DNA of 64,000 bases from Squalus acanthias (taxonomy: Eukaryota): NCBI GenBank assembly GCA_030390025.1, contig CM059432.1:76944001-77008000 (forward strand), read 5' to 3'. This document shows, one piece after another, positions 12,405 to 25,856 of this stretch. Numbering within the stretch: position 1 is the stretch's first letter; the number at the start of each line of letters is the position of its first letter. Position numbers and translations under genes: made by a program. The notes below the pieces were generated by a model. It saw only the letters and a list, made by a program, of their open reading frames with translations. It was not told where the DNA came from and ran no database searches.

Positions 12405-12820
12405 GAAAAGAAAGTATATATAGCACCTTTCACGACCTCAAGACATCTCAAAGTGCTTCACAGGCAATGCGGAGAAATGCGGCAGCGAACTTGTGCACAG
12501 CAAGGTCCCAAAAACAGCAGTGTGGTTAATGGCCAGATAATCTGTTTTTTGGTGGCACTGGTTGAGGGATAAATGTTGGCCAGGATATCGGGAGAACTCA
12601 CCTACTCTCTTCAAAAAGTGCTGTGGGATCTTTTATATCTACCTGAGAAGGCAGACATTTGGTTTACATTTCATCCGAAAGGCAGCTCCTTCGACACTGC
12701 AGCACTGCTTCAGTACTACATTGAAGTGTCAGCCTAGATTATGTGCTCAAGTCCTGCAGTGGGACTTTGAACCCACAACCATCTCACTCAGAAACAAGAG
12801 TGCTACCTACTGAGCCAAGT
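12405..12820 (-). mobile_element. tRNA-derived Deu-domain SINE (degenerate)
   Basis: Homologous to 31237-31695; A/B-box head and ..gctatatata tail. Confidence 0.85.
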
Positions 12821-12859
12821 CTGAAATCTAAAGTTGTGAAGATATGTCTGTCAAGGTAG

Positions 12860-13870
12860 AATGTTGTTGTTTTCGGACTGGAGGAAGGTATACAGTGGTG
12901 TTCCCCAGGGGTCGGTTCTACGACCACTGCTTTTCTTGATATATATTAATGATTTGGACATGGGTGTACAGGGCACAATTTCAAAATTTGCAGATGACAC
13001 AAAACTTGGCAGTATAGTGAACAGTGAGGAGGAGAGTGATAGACATTAGGAAGACATTGACAGGCTGGTGAAATGGGCGGACACGTGGCAGATGAAATTT
13101 AATGCAGGAAAGTGCGAAGTGATACATTTTTGTAGAAAGAATGAGGAGAGGACATATAAACTAAATGGTACAATCTTGAAGGGAGTGCACGAACAGAGAG
13201 ACCTAGGGGTATGTGTGCACAAATCGTTGAAGGTGGCAGGGCAGGTTGAGAAAGCAGTTAAAAAGGCTTACGGGATCCTGGGCTTCATGAATAGAGGTAT
13301 AGAGTACAAAAGTGTGGAAATTATGATGAACTTGTATAAAACACTGGTTCGGCGCCAACTGGAGTATTGTGTCCAATTCTGGGCACCACACTTTAGGAAG
13401 GATGTGAAGGCCTTAGAGAAGGTGCAGAAAAGATTTACGAGAATGGTTCCAGGAATGATGGACTTCAGTTACGTTGATAGACTGGAGAAGAGAAAATTGA
13501 GAGGAGATTTGATAGAGGTGTTCAAAATCATGAAGGGTCTGGACAGAGTAGATAGAGAAAAACTGTTCCCATTGGCAGAAGGATCGAGAAGCAGAGGACA
13601 CAGATTTAAGGTGATTGGCAAAAGAACCAAAGGCGAATTAAGAAAAAACTTTTTTACGCAGCGAGTGGTTAAGATCTGGAATGCGCTGCCTGAAAGGGTG
13701 GTGGAGGCAGACTCAATCGTATCTTTCAAAAGGGAGTTGGATAAGTACCTGAAGGAAAAAAAAATTCAGGGCTACAGGGAAAGGGCGGGGGAGTGGGACT
13801 AGCTGAGAGTTGGCATGGGCTCAACGGGCTGAATGGCCTTCTTCCGTGCTGTAACCATTCTATTATTCTA
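12860..13870 (+). mobile_element. 5'-truncated CR1 LINE
   Basis: [29 protein letters not shown]; cattcta tail. Confidence 0.93.
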
Positions 13871-14117
13871 GCATGTGAAACATGGCACAGGTGTGGGGAA
13901 GTGAGAGACATAATTGTGAGGACAGTAGCAGATGTAGAGTGTGCCAGGAGCAGCAGAAGGATGTTGAGTGATGTGTGTTCCTGTGATTGCAGGAGAATGA
14001 AGGGAAGCAGCAGAGGGAAGACTTGTGAGCGTTGGAGCTATAGGTTGTGCAGTGCTAAACAGAGAGTAAGAGAGATGTAAGTAGGAGTGTTAACGTAGCA
14101 ACTTGGTCAGATCATTA

Positions 14118-14816
14118 ATAAAAACAGAAAATCCTGAAAATACTCAGCAGGTCAGGCAGCATCTGTGGAGAGAGAAACAGTTAATGTTGCAGGTCGATAA
14201 CCTTTCATCAGAATTGGAAAAAGTTATAGATGTAACAGGTTTTAAGCAAGTACAGAGGCAGGGAAAAGGGGGATGGGAGGAAAGAACAATAGGGAAGGTA
14301 TGTGATAGGGTGGTAGGCAGGTTAGATTAAATGACAAAAGAGATGATGGTGTAAGAGAAAAGGGAGTGGTAATGGGACAAGTAAAGAAACAAAAGATGAG
14401 TCTAGAGGAAGTGTAAATGGGAAAACCAGAATCATCAACAACTGCTGTCCGTAAAAATGGAGGCAGAGGTTATGATCTGAAATTGTTGAACTCAATGTTA
14501 AGTCCGGAAGGCTGTAAAGTGCCTAATTGAAAGATGAGGTGCTGTTCCGAGCTTAAGTTGAGCTTCATTGGAACAATGTAGGAGGCCGAGGACAGAGAGG
14601 TCAGAGTAGGAGTGGAGCGGAGAATTAAAGTGACAGACGACCGGAAGCGCGGGGTCATTCTTGCGGACTGAACGGAGGTGTTCCGCAAAGGGGTCACCCA
14701 ATCTGCGTTTGGTCTCCCCAGTGTGCGTTTGGTCTCCCCAATGTAGAGGAGACCGCATCGTGAGCAGCGAATACAGTATACTAAATTGAAAGAAGTACAA
14801 GTAAATCGCTGTTTCA
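14118..14816 (-). mobile_element. 5'-truncated PLE (GIY-YIG end + pLTR with degenerate hammerhead motif)
   Basis: GETKRRLGD..EHL, GTLQPSGLNIEFNNF; minus strand CTGATGA-aaggttatcgacct-GCAA at ~14178-14216. Confidence 0.9.
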
Positions 14817-14829
14817 GTCGGTCAGATCA

Positions 14830-15258
14830 TTGTATTTTTTCCGGCATTGCAGCCAGGTCCTGGGTACTATCCTGCTCACATTCACCTGCTCTGCCACCTC
14901 TGCCCACTGTTGCCAGGCAACTTGGCCCGGCACTCTTCTCCCATTGGCTGGAAAGTGCAGCTGCCTCCTCCTGGCTACCTCCTCCACCAACACCTCCAGA
15001 GCAGCGTTTGAAAATTGGGGGGCCCTTCTGGCATCACACCTGCCGTTTCCAGTGCTGAACTGTAATTCAGATGACAGTAGCCAAAGTGCACCTCCCCTTT
15101 AAGAGGTACAGACTGCCTTCAAATGATGTCACTGACACCCGATTTCCCTCTCTTCCCAACAATAATCAAATAAGACACGTGCTCTAATTATACTTGTGCT
15201 GCTCGCTGACATCATCAGGCCCATGTTCCGATCGCGATGCCTATTGAATTTCTCACCC
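14830..15258 (-). mobile_element. Harbinger-derived terminal remnant
   Basis: ctcccctttaagaggt matches the Myb-side leader of copy B (~38363); ends in TIR-like GAATTTCTCACCC. Confidence 0.5.
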
Positions 15259-15534
15259 TATATCTCTATTCGCTTCCAGGGAGATATGCTTTAGGGTGAG
15301 ATCAGACTATGATGACTGTTTCTATCTGGAAGTACCATGATGCTATACTGTAAATGATAAAAGTGGTTCAATCATAAAATATGTATTGTATTCACCAGAG
15401 GGACAATTTCCTTTATAAATGGTCTGCTTATGCACAGAATATTAAATAAATTGAGTTGTTTTTTTGACCATTGTGTCTAAGGCATTGAACACATTGAATA
15501 AAGATATGGAATTACTAATGTTTTCAGGTATGAG

Positions 15535-16962
15535 TTTTTTTTTAATTCATTCATGGGATGTGGGCATCGCTGGCAAGGCCAGCATTTATTGCCCATCTCT
15601 AGTTGCCCTTGAGAAGGTGGTGAAGAGCCGCCTTCTTGAACCGTTGCAGTCCATGTGGTGAAGGTACTCCCAGACTGCTGTTAGGGAGGGAGTTCCAGGA
15701 TTTTGACCCAGTGACAATGAAGGATCGGCGATATACTTCCAAGACAGGATGGTGTGTGACTTGGAGGGGAACTTGGAGGTGGTGGTGTTCCCATGCGCCT
15801 GCTGCCCTTGTCCTTCTAGGTGGTAGAGGTCGCGGGTTTGGGAGGTGCTGCCGAAGAAGCCTTGGCGAGTTGCTGCAGTGCATCTTGTAGAGGGTACACA
15901 TTGCAGCCACAGTACGCCGGTGGTGGAGGGAATGAATGTTTAAGGTGGTGGATGGGGTGCCAATCAAGCAGGCTGCTTTGTCCTGGATGGTGTTGAGCTT
16001 CTTGAGTGTTGTTGGAGTTGCACTCATCCAGGCAAGTAGAGAATATTCCATCACACTCCTTACTTGTGCCTTGTAGATGGTGGAAAGGCTTTGGGGAGTC
16101 AGGAGGTGAGACACTCGCCACAGAATACTTAGCCTCTGACCTGCTCTTGTTGCCACAGTATTTATGTGGCTGGTCCAGTTAAGTTTCTGGTCAATGGTGA
16201 CCTCCAGGATGTTGATGGTGGGGGATTCGGCGATGGTAATGCCGTTGAATGTCAAGGGACAGTGGTTAGACTCTCGCTTGTTGGAGATAGTCATTGCCTG
16301 GCACTTGTGTGGCGCGAATGTTACCTGCCACTTATCAGCCCAAGCCTGAATGTCGTCCAGATCTTGCTGCATGCGGGCATTTACAGCTTCATTATCTGAG
16401 GAGTTGTGAATGGAACTGAACACTGTGCAGTCATCAGCGAACATCCCCATTTCTGACCTTATGTTGGAGGGAAGGTCTTTGATGAAGCAGCTGAAGATGG
16501 TTGGGCCTAGGACACTGCCCTGAGGAACTCCTGCAGCGATGTCCAGGGACTGAGATGATTGACCTCCAACCACCACAACCATCTTCCTTTGTGCTAGGTA
16601 TGACTCCAGCCAGTGGAGAGTTTTCCTCCCGATTCCCATTGACTTCAGTTTTACTAGGGCTCCTTGATGCCACACTCAGTCAAATGCTGCCTTGATGTCG
16701 AGGGCAGTCACTCTCACCTCACCTCTGGAATTCAGCTCCTTTGTCCATGTTTGGACCAAGGCTGTAATGAGGTCGGGAGCAGAGTGGTCCTGACGGAACC
16801 CAAACTGGGCATCAGTGAGTAGGTTATTGGCGAGTAAGTGCCGCTTGATAGCACTGTCGATGACACCTTCCATCACTTTGCTGATGATTGAGAGTAGACT
16901 GATGGGGCGGTAATTGGCCGGGTTGGATTTGTCCTGCTTTTTGTGGACAGGACATACCTGGG
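15535..16962 (-). mobile_element. Non-LTR retrotransposon RT fragment with 3' end (CR1/L2/Jockey group, clade unresolved)
   Basis: [39 protein letters not shown]-rich tail near 15535. Confidence 0.9.
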
Positions 16963-16967
16963 AGTTA

Positions 16968-18700
16968 AACAACAACAACAACAACTTGCATTATATACCG
17001 CCTTTAATGTAGCAAAACATTCCAAGGCATTTCACAAGAGTGTTATCAAACACAATTTGACACCAAGCCACAGAAGGAGATATCAGGACAGATGACCAAA
17101 AACTTGCTCAAAGAGATAGGTTTTAAGGAGCATCTTAAAGGAGGAGAGAGAGGTAGAAAGGTGGAGGGAAAAGGCAGCTGAAAGCGTGGCCGCCGATGGT
17201 GGAGTGATTAAAATCAGGGATGCGCAAGATGTCTGAATTGGAGGAGTGCAGAGATCTCGAAGGCTTGTATGGCTGGAGGAGATTACAGAGATAGGGAGGG
17301 ACAAGGCCATAGAGAGATTTGAAATCAAGGATGAGTTAAGATACAGGCAGGAGAATTTTGGATGAGCGCAAATTTATGTAGGGTGGAAGATGGGAGGCCA
17401 GCCAGGAGAGCATTGGAATCGTCAAGTCTAGAGGTAACAAAGGCATGGATGAGGGCTTTGGCAGCAGATGAGCTGAGGTAGGGTCCGAGTTGGGCGATGT
17501 TATGGAGTTGGAAGTAGGCACTCTTGGTGATGGAGGAGATATGTAGTCGGAAGCTCATCTCAGGGTCAAACACAACACCAAGGTTGCGAACAGTCAGGCT
17601 CAGCTTCAGACAGTTGCCAGGAAGAGGGATGGAAACGGTGGTCAGGGAATAGATTTTATGGCGGGGACCAAAGACAATGGCTTCGATCTTCCCAATATTT
17701 AGTTGGAGAAAATTTCTGCTCATCCAATATTGGATGTCATATGAGCAGTGTGACAAATCAGAGACAGTGGAGGGGTCAAGAGAGGTGGTGGTGAGATAGA
17801 GCTGAGTGTTGTCACTGTACATGTTGAACCTGATGTTGTGTTTTCAGATGATGTCACCGAAGGGAAGAATGTAGATGAGAAATAGAAGGGGGCCAAGAAT
17901 AGATCCTTAGGGAACTCCAGAGGTAATGGTGCGGAAGTGGGAAGGGAAGCCATTGCAGGTGATTCTCTGGCTACGATTCGACAGATAAGAATGGAACCAG
18001 GCAAGGGCAGTTCCACCCAGCTGGATGACAGAGGAGAGTCGTTGGAGGAGGATGGTGTGGTCAACTGTGTCGAAGGCTGCAGATAGGTCGAGAAGGGTGA
18101 GTAGGGATAGTTTATCACGGTCACAGTCACATAGAATGTCATATGTGACTTCGATAAGGGCCGTTTCAGTACTGTGGTTGGGGCAGAAACCTGATTGGGG
18201 GAATCAAACATGGGATTGTGGGAAAGATGGGCACGAATTTGGGAGGTTACATGTTCAAGGACATTGGAGAGGAAAGGGAGGTTGGAGGTAGGGCAGTAGT
18301 TTGCAAGGACAGAGGGGTCAAAGGTGAGTTTTTTGAGGAGAGGGGTGATGGTGGCAGATTTGAAGGGGAGGGGGACAGTACCTGAGGAGAGGAATCTGTT
18401 AACAACATCAGCTAACATGGGGGCCAGGAAGAGAAATTGGGTGGTCAACAGTTTAGTGGGAATAGGGTCGAGGGAGCAGGAGGTGGGTCTCATGGAGAAG
18501 ATGAGCTCGGAGAGAGCATGGTGAGAGATGGGATTGAAATAAAGAAAGATGTGAGTTCAGGGCTAGGGCAGCAGGGAGCATTAGGAGAAGTTTGGCCTTG
18601 GTGGGCTAGGGGAAGGGAGGGAAGTGGCAGAGGCAGCTGAAAGGATGGCCTTGATCTTAGTGACATAGTGTTATTGGAGGTGAGGGTGGAGGAGGCATGG
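16968..18700 (-). mobile_element. L2 LINE, 5'-truncated
   Basis: PTSCSLDPIPTKLL, YSDNTQLY, IHAFVTSRLD; tail tatataatgcaag(ttg)n. Confidence 0.92.
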
Positions 18701-20154
18701 GAGGGTTCTTTATTAAAGTCTTATTAAATCATCAGCATGCCAGAGATGAGTAGGCCAACTGGGAAATGATTAGAACCGCCTCAAAAATCAATCGAGCTGC
18801 AAGATGAAAATACAAAATGAAACATAGCAAGAAGGTTTTCAATCTTATTGTATTGAACAATGGTGGCAAATATACATACAAGTCTAGAAATGACAATGCT
18901 TAACATATGTCTGATATTTTAATGCAGGAATTAATCTATTTCATTTAAATGGCCTCTTCTAAAATAATGGGCAAAGGAATGTCACACAAACGTGTTAAAC
19001 TTTTGTCCACTAATATTATCAAGTCATTTCTAGGCTATCAATATTACATCCTGTATGTATGCACTTGCATTTTTTCTAGATGACCCAAATTGGCCTACAT
19101 TTGGACACTTTTGTGCCTTTTCAAAAGGTCTAAAGTAGTTCAATGCAGGCCCTGCATTCTGTTCAGCACTCATCTGTCCAAATTTTGTTTTATTCATATT
19201 TTTGTGTCATTTGTGAATTGTGAAGCCATTTAAGCATGTGCATCGCCAACTAGCATAAGGTGTCCCAAAACCATTTCATTTAGGACCCTTAACAGCTGTC
19301 AGAGAGAGCAGGCATGCAGCCCATCTGTTTGGGTCCAGGTTCCCAGAGGTGAAAGGACTGTGTTCTAACCCACTGCACTAACCAGTCGTCCCTGGACACA
19401 CAACTTCAAGGTTGATCTGTGGAGTTAGGAGAAACAGTGATACAGAAAAATCATATTTTGTTTCAAAATTAATTGTCTTTAAATAGTAATGAACAAGAAT
19501 GTATTTTTGTTGCTAGCTTTAAAGAAATCTTATATTTCATGTGGCTCATAGAACATTAAGCTAAAGTAGACAAGTTGCTTAGGACTGCTGTTTCAAACAA
19601 CTTGTCCCATTTTGTCTTATTAGCAAGGACTGACTGAGCATGAAGGTGTTCTTTGCTTGTCAGTTGATAAAGTGGGCACTCCTTTCTTATCTTCTCTCTG
19701 ATTCTGACTTCCCCTTGTCTAATCTGTGCAAGCACACCTATCATCTGTGCAGAGGGAATGATATCCAATTAATTCAATATGCTAATTTAACAACACACAT
19801 CATTAACCTAATGTGTAATATATAGAAACAGTGGTAAATTAATCATCACCAGTGTAATGTTCAAATTAATTCTGAAACATCAATTAGCTGCAAATATGCA
19901 CCTCTGAAATGATATATTAGAAGTTAAAATTTTATTTTTGGAAACATCATGTTATTCCTGAATATTTGTGAATTACCCTGACTTATTCATTTAGGGATCT
20001 TAAATTTGTATTGATTATTTTAGATTAAAAACACAAGCACAGTTCATGCAAGCAAGAATTTGCCGCCTCTCCAAAGTCATATATTTCAAATGCAATAAAC
20101 AGCACTAAGTATTGTTCCTAATTCTACTTCTGTAGTCACACTGCACTTATTCTA

Positions 20155-20930
20155 TAACAGAAGAAATAGGAGCAGGAGTAGGCCATACGGCCCCTCGAGC
20201 CTGCTCCACCATTCAATAAGATCATGGCTGATCATCGACCTCAACTCCACTTTCCCACCCGATCTCCATATCCCTTGATTTCCCTAGAGTCCAAAAATCT
20301 ATCTATCTCAGCCTTGAATATACTCAAAGACTCAGCATTCACAGCCCTCTGGGGCAGAGAATTCCAAAGATTCACAACCCTCTAAGTGAAGAAATTCTGA
20401 CCAACCCCTTATCCTGAGACTACGCCCCTTAGTTCTAGACACTCCAGCCAGGGGAATCAACCTTTCAGCATCTACCCTGTCAATCCCCTTCAGAATCTTG
20501 TATGTTTCAATGAGATCACCTCTCATTCTTCTAAACTCCAGAGAGTATAGGCCATTCTACACAATATCTCATCATAGGACAGCCCTCGCATCCCAGGAAT
20601 CAATCTAGTGAACCTTCGTTGCACCACCTCCAAGGCAAGTATATCCTTCCTTAGATAAGGAGACCAAAACTGTGCACAGTACTCCAGGTGTGGTCTCACC
20701 AAGGCCCTGTACAATTGTAGCAAGACTTCCTTACTCTTATACTCCAAACCCCTGGCAATAAAGGCCAACATGCCATTTGCCTTCCTTATTGTTTGCTGTA
20801 CCTGCATGCTAGCTTTCTGTGTTTCTTGCACGAGGACACCCAAATCTCTCTGAACACCAACATTTGAAAGTTTCTCACCATTTAAAAAATAATCTGTTTT
20901 TCTATTCTTCCTACCAAAGTGAATAACCTC
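20155..20930 (-). mobile_element. CR1 3' fragment
   Basis: LYRALVRPHLEYCAQFWSPYLRKD, RGDLIETYKIL; 3' UTR. Confidence 0.92.
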
Positions 20931-21123
20931 ACTATATCAATTTAAATAGTGACAGTCTTTTCATTCGTTGTACAGCACCTTTAATGAGTCATTTTTGGAT
21001 GTTATTCTCAGTAGTCCTACCTGTTCATTGTTGATGCTTTCAGTAACATCTGTTCTCTTTTTAAATTGTATTCTGTTTAAGTGGAGAGACTGAATACATT
21101 GCATTCATATTTGACAGACTGAT

Positions 21124-21209
21124 AGTATTAGCAATGGCTATAAGTATATTAAATAGGTTTTGTGATACTACAAAACCTACTTTATATACTCATAGCCATT
21201 GCTAATACT
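21124..21209. repeat. Inverted repeat, 40-bp arms, 6-nt loop
   Basis: Arms 21124-21163 and 21170-21209 match at 37/40. Confidence 0.9.
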
Positions 21210-21244
21210 TTATCATGTTGACTGTAATAAGACCTACACCAGTC

Positions 21245-21412
21245 GTTTTCCCAAGGATTCTTCTGATTGTTGCCATAACTTCAGTGGAGGATTAGAGGAA
21301 CCACTGGAGAAACAGCATAAAAGGCAATAAATGGTTGTTTCCGCCGTTTCTTCTGGGTTTCCACCAATCTTCTGCCAAAGTTGCAACAGGAGATTGGGAG
21401 AATCTGGCGGAA
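21245..21412. repeat. Degenerate palindrome (old MITE-like)
   Basis: Left ~75 bp loosely complements right ~75 bp (gattct..aactt..gatt..gaaac). Confidence 0.5.
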
Positions 21413-21737
21413 ATTGCTTCCAAATGAATAGGATTATTGGAAGCAAGCTCAACGAACTATCTTTCTAAAAGGCAGTGATTGCAGAGAGAATCCTCCTTCC
21501 CTGACCCCCTGACACTTTGAGACTGTTGCTTTTTGTAGATTTGTAACCTATGCTAGAGTGGAAGTCACATTATTGTTTTATATATATATTAAAACGGATG
21601 TGTTGACGCACTGCCTTTTCACCTCTGAAATATGGATTTTAAAAAAAACAAGACTAATAGAAAGAAATCTCCTCTGTTCACTCTAAGGATTCTGCACAGC
21701 GTGACAACCCATCCAATTTTGAATGGGACAGTCGAGT

Positions 21738-21768
21738 TTAGAGGTCGGCCACCTGGTAACTTGGATAA
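21738..21768 (-). CDS. Possible terminal coding exon of an unidentified host gene (xYPSYQVADL*)
   Basis: Strong acceptor cttgctgttttgttttcag, CpG-retaining short frame to TAA, AT-rich UTR-like sequence downstream; no upstream exon found. Confidence 0.25.
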
Positions 21769-21954
21769 CTGAAAACAAAACAGCAAGAAGTTCAGTTTCA
21801 ATTACTGCATTAAAAAAAGGTACTGTGCAAAAGCACGAACATACTTTTCTCATGCATGTGCAGAGCATTTTTCAAACCATAAGACATCATGCCTAAACCC
21901 TACCATCCATCCAGAGCCCTGTATTAAGACTGGTCAAAATTGGCATCCCTAACC

Positions 21955-22300
21955 CTACATGAAATCAATTTGATCTGTCTCAACTCAAGCCCTAGTAGAC
22001 ATAGACTTAAAGCACAAAACTGATCCTAATTTGGCACTAGATTGATAATTTAATTCAGAGAGCCCTCATGGATGGACGTGTGGGAAATTCAAAGAAATAC
22101 ATTGGTGCAGTTGTGGTGCTCTTCTGCGATTGAGGCAGTAGCTTATCGTTGATCCAGGGTAAAGGGAACTTTTTTCTGGAGCTGGGTGTATTATACCTGA
22201 CCTGGGAATGTTCATGCCTATACCAGATGCTTGTTTGTGTGGACATCAGGTGAGGACAGGATTATTTTGCCCTCCAAGTCAAGCATTCTGTCTACTCGCA
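21955..22300 (+). mobile_element. Old LF-SINE-like SINE fragment
   Basis: Homologous to 51665-52060 (cctagt.gaca, cctaat..gcacta, tatacctgacctggga). Confidence 0.5.
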
Positions 22301-22809
22301 GAAGCAAGACTCACACAGAAATATCCACTTAATTGAAATATTAAGGGGCTGCCAGAATCAGAGAAAGCATGCTCCAGTATTTGTCACTGCCTTCAGAAAG
22401 AATAAAAACAGGGGAGAAATTAGTGAAATCAAAATGCCTATTTTAAACATGGACATGGCCAACACTGACTCTCTTATCACATTCCCTTCAGCAGTAACTT
22501 ACTGAACCATGGAAGACTCAATTAATAACAAAGACTTTTTAAACAAACATCCATTGTCAGGCCAATACACGCTCACCACACGTATAATTGATTCATTCCA
22601 GTGCCCCCATCTCCTGACAAAGGCAAAAGAAAACACAGAAACCTGCAGTCAATTCAAGAAACATCTATCAAAAATTGCTCACTGGGCCCTCAAAGGCACT
22701 CAGGCAAGCCCCTGGAGGCCCCAACCAGCTAGTTATTATCCAAAATCTTACCTTCCTTCTGCTCTGATCTTGTAATTTTTCAGAAAAGCATCTCATATCT
22801 TCTTGAAGA

Positions 22810-24125
22810 ATTGCAAGGCGTCACAGCTGATTACCACCTCTGAATGCTGTTCCACAAGTCGATGATCTTCTGTAAAACATAAAACTTAAGCACATCCAAC
22901 CCCACTCTCTGCTTTCCCAATTTAAATGGGTGGCCCTTAGTTTTACCCAGCCCCATCTCCTCAAATATTCTACACACTTGTATGTTAATGATGCTACATT
23001 GAAGATAAGTTGCTAACCTCGCATCCACATCTCCAATTTATTCAAATGTAGTTGTAATCTATTTCCTTCTCCTAAGGTCATGACTGTCCTGCATAATTTA
23101 GTATCATGGCCAAATTTAATAAATGTATTATCTATGCTCTGGTCCAGATCATTAAACGTAAACAGGAAGGGACCCAGCACTAAACCCTAGGGAACCCCAC
23201 TAGTGACAGGAACCCATTGGGAAGCAACCACACTTAGTTAGAGCCACTCCTTGCCTAAGGTCATAGAGTCATAACGGCACAGAAGGAGGCCATTCGGCCC
23301 ATCAAGTCCGTGCCTGCTCTCTGTAGAGCAATCCAGTCAGTCCCACTCCCCCGCTTTATCCTCGTAGCCCTGCAAGTTTATTTCCCTCAAGTGTCTATCC
23401 AGTCTCCCCTTGAAAACACCACTTCCGTCAGCAGCGAGTTCCAGGTCCTCACCACTCACTGCGTAAAAAAGATTTTCCTCACATCCCCCCTGTATCTCTT
23501 GCCCAAAAACCTTAAATCTGTGTCCCCTAGTCCTTGTACCATCAACTAGTGGGAACAGCCTTTCCCCATCTAGCCTATCCAAACTCGTCATAATCTTGTA
23601 CACCTCTATCAAATCACCCTTCAACCTCCTTTGCTCTAATGAAAACAAATCCAGCTTCTCCAACCTGTCCTTGTAGCTAAGATCCCCCATCCCCGGAACC
23701 ATTCTGGTAAATCTCCTCTGCACCCTCTCAAGGGCCTTCAGATATTTTCAATCATCTTGAAATATCACCCTTAACACCATGGGACTTAATATTAGCACAT
23801 AGGTGTGACATTTTATCGAAAATTTTTAAATCCCATTGGATGACATCTACCAGATCTCCATGATTTACCAATCTAGTGGACCAGATTTGTCAAACATGAT
23901 CTCTGTTTCTGAAGTCATGTTAAGTATCTCCTATCAAGCCATAGTGTTGTAGGTGATTATTAATGGCACCCCTAATGATGCTCTCCATTGAGTTCCCCAC
24001 CACTAAGGTTAAACTCATCAGTCAAAAGTTGTGAATTTAATCCTTTTTTAAACAGGAGCATCACATGCACTTTGCTCCAATCATCTGTTATTTCCCTGGC
24101 TCTCAGTAAACTATTGAAACATTCA
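22810..24125 (-). mobile_element. Old CR1 remnant, interrupted by a younger CR1
   Basis: Degenerate GVP.GLVLGP and DLWNS motifs. Confidence 0.6.
23261..23740 (-). mobile_element. Young CR1 3' fragment
   Basis: QRRFTRMVPGMGDLSYKDRLEKL; ctatgact-type tail; very similar to 25857-26379 and 50943-51243. Confidence 0.93.
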
Positions 24126-24202
24126 CTGGGGCAGAGGTTCCCAAACTTGTTTTGCTGAGCCCCCTTCGGACATTTGCACCTCTCCTTTTTCGAAGAAACA
24201 GT

Positions 24203-24968
24203 GAGCCGGAATTTGCGGTGGGTAATAACAGCAAACTTGCAGCATTCGCCATTATTACCCCTTTGAAACTGACCGCAACTTCAGGATGTAGCAGATGCCC
24301 ATCTAAACACGGAAATCCTGAAGTTGCGGTCAGTCATTCACTACTCCGACACTGGCTGTGCTGTGGCTCCCCCCCACCCCACCCACCCATAGCCAGCTAT
24401 CAGTGAAATCTGTGAAACTGACGAAAACTTGGGGTTTTCCGCAGTAATATCTCTGTTAACTACCCCATTAAATGTTAGGCCTTGTTGTATTAGATGTAAC
24501 TGGGGTTTTACAGCATATTGACTGCTTAACAAATGTTATGGCTCTGATAAAATAATTTTAATTTTGTGGAGTATCAAATTTCTCCATTATGATAAAAATT
24601 ACAATTTTTAAGAGAATTAAAAAAAAAAAAGTTTTTTCATGATTATTTCAGGTTCTACCCTATCCCCATGTGAGAGCCCCAATCTTTGTTTTGCTCTCTG
24701 TAACATTTTTTAAAAGTCGGGATAAAAGCAGATTCTCATTTCCTGCTCCCCTGTCTGTGAGAATTCTGCATTGTGATTGGCTGCTTAGACAGCTTGTTGA
24801 CATCATAGCAGATCACGTATGGGATTCCCCACTATACTGCTCTCAAATCACTTAAGTGTTGAAAAAGGCAAACTTCTCACCACAGAGATCAAGAGATGTC
24901 TGATGGCAGCTTTATTCAGGGCCAGCAGCGAACGCCTTTGCTTCATCGCTGACCACAAATTCTGGGCC
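24203..24968. mobile_element. TIR-bounded non-autonomous DNA element
   Basis: TIRs gagccggaatttgcggt / accacaaattctgggcc (13/17); flanks agt/att; homologous to 39223-40590. Confidence 0.75.
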
Positions 24969-24999
24969 ATTATTTTGTAGTCCCCAAGAACATACCGTT

Positions 25000-25600
25000 C
25001 AATCCTATTGGTTTCAAAAACTGGGAGAAAAATTGAGAGAAGTTCAAAATGCTCACCCTGCCTTCAGCCATGTATGGATTGTGTGCCTCAAATAGTCAAC
25101 TGCTTCAAGGATCTCTACTGTCATGCAGCAATCAGGAGATGCAGCCTCGCAAAGCCAGAGGAGGTGCATTACGGAGCAATCCCAGCACATGTTTGTGATC
25201 TCAGGGATGTTTGAATCCCTGCCAATTTCTAGAAGTGGACATTGGGTCCAATTGGTTCTTATTGGATCTACCATACCAGCCCTCAAGACTCGGAGCCATG
25301 TATCAAGTTGGCTGATCGGCTGATGATGATTCCTGTAAGGCTTCCACAGACAGAGGGAGGCAATAGAACTACAAGAAATGTGATGGAGTAGTCGATAGGC
25401 ACCCTGAGGTTTAATTTTAGGTAGCTGAATAAATCTGGTGGAGCTCTGCATTACAACCCAGGGAGAGTCTCCAGAGTCAACATAGCTTGCTGCATACTAC
25501 ATAACATCGCAATGAAGAAAAGCTTGCTACTTCCAGAAGCTGAAGGAGATGATAATGAAGGCAATAGGGAAACACCTACATCCCCAGAATAAGGTGGGTG
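25000..25600 (+). pseudogene. Ancient Harbinger transposase remnant
   Basis: ~25434-25520 reads SGGALHYNPGRVSRVNIACCILHNIAMK, followed by an acidic stretch. Confidence 0.7.
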
Positions 25601-25856
25601 CACAGGAGTGAGAAACATGGAACAGCATAGCCATCAACCTGAGAAAGGAAGAAATAGAGAACTCATTGTAATCTAGCTGTGTTTACAGAACAATATTCAG
25701 CAAAAGATGCCTACAACTATCTCTTAACACAATGTCTACTATTCAACCAGCTTATGTTGGGTCATGAGGTTACAGATTGTGATGGTATACAGTTCTACTG
25801 CTGCTGATGGCCCAAAGCATCTTGTGGATGCCCAGAGTTTATGGCTACTAGATCTT

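Noticed and set aside
14178..14216. Functional hammerhead ribozyme
   Set aside because: Core GAAA is mutated to GCAA and the helix III palindrome is lost
14700..14745. Short direct repeats (also ~647-705 and ~45760-45800)
   Set aside because: Two-copy local tandem duplications inside TEs; not arrays or CRISPR
19556..19768. Minus-strand 70-aa ORF as a host exon
   Set aside because: No recognisable homology or convincing splice pair
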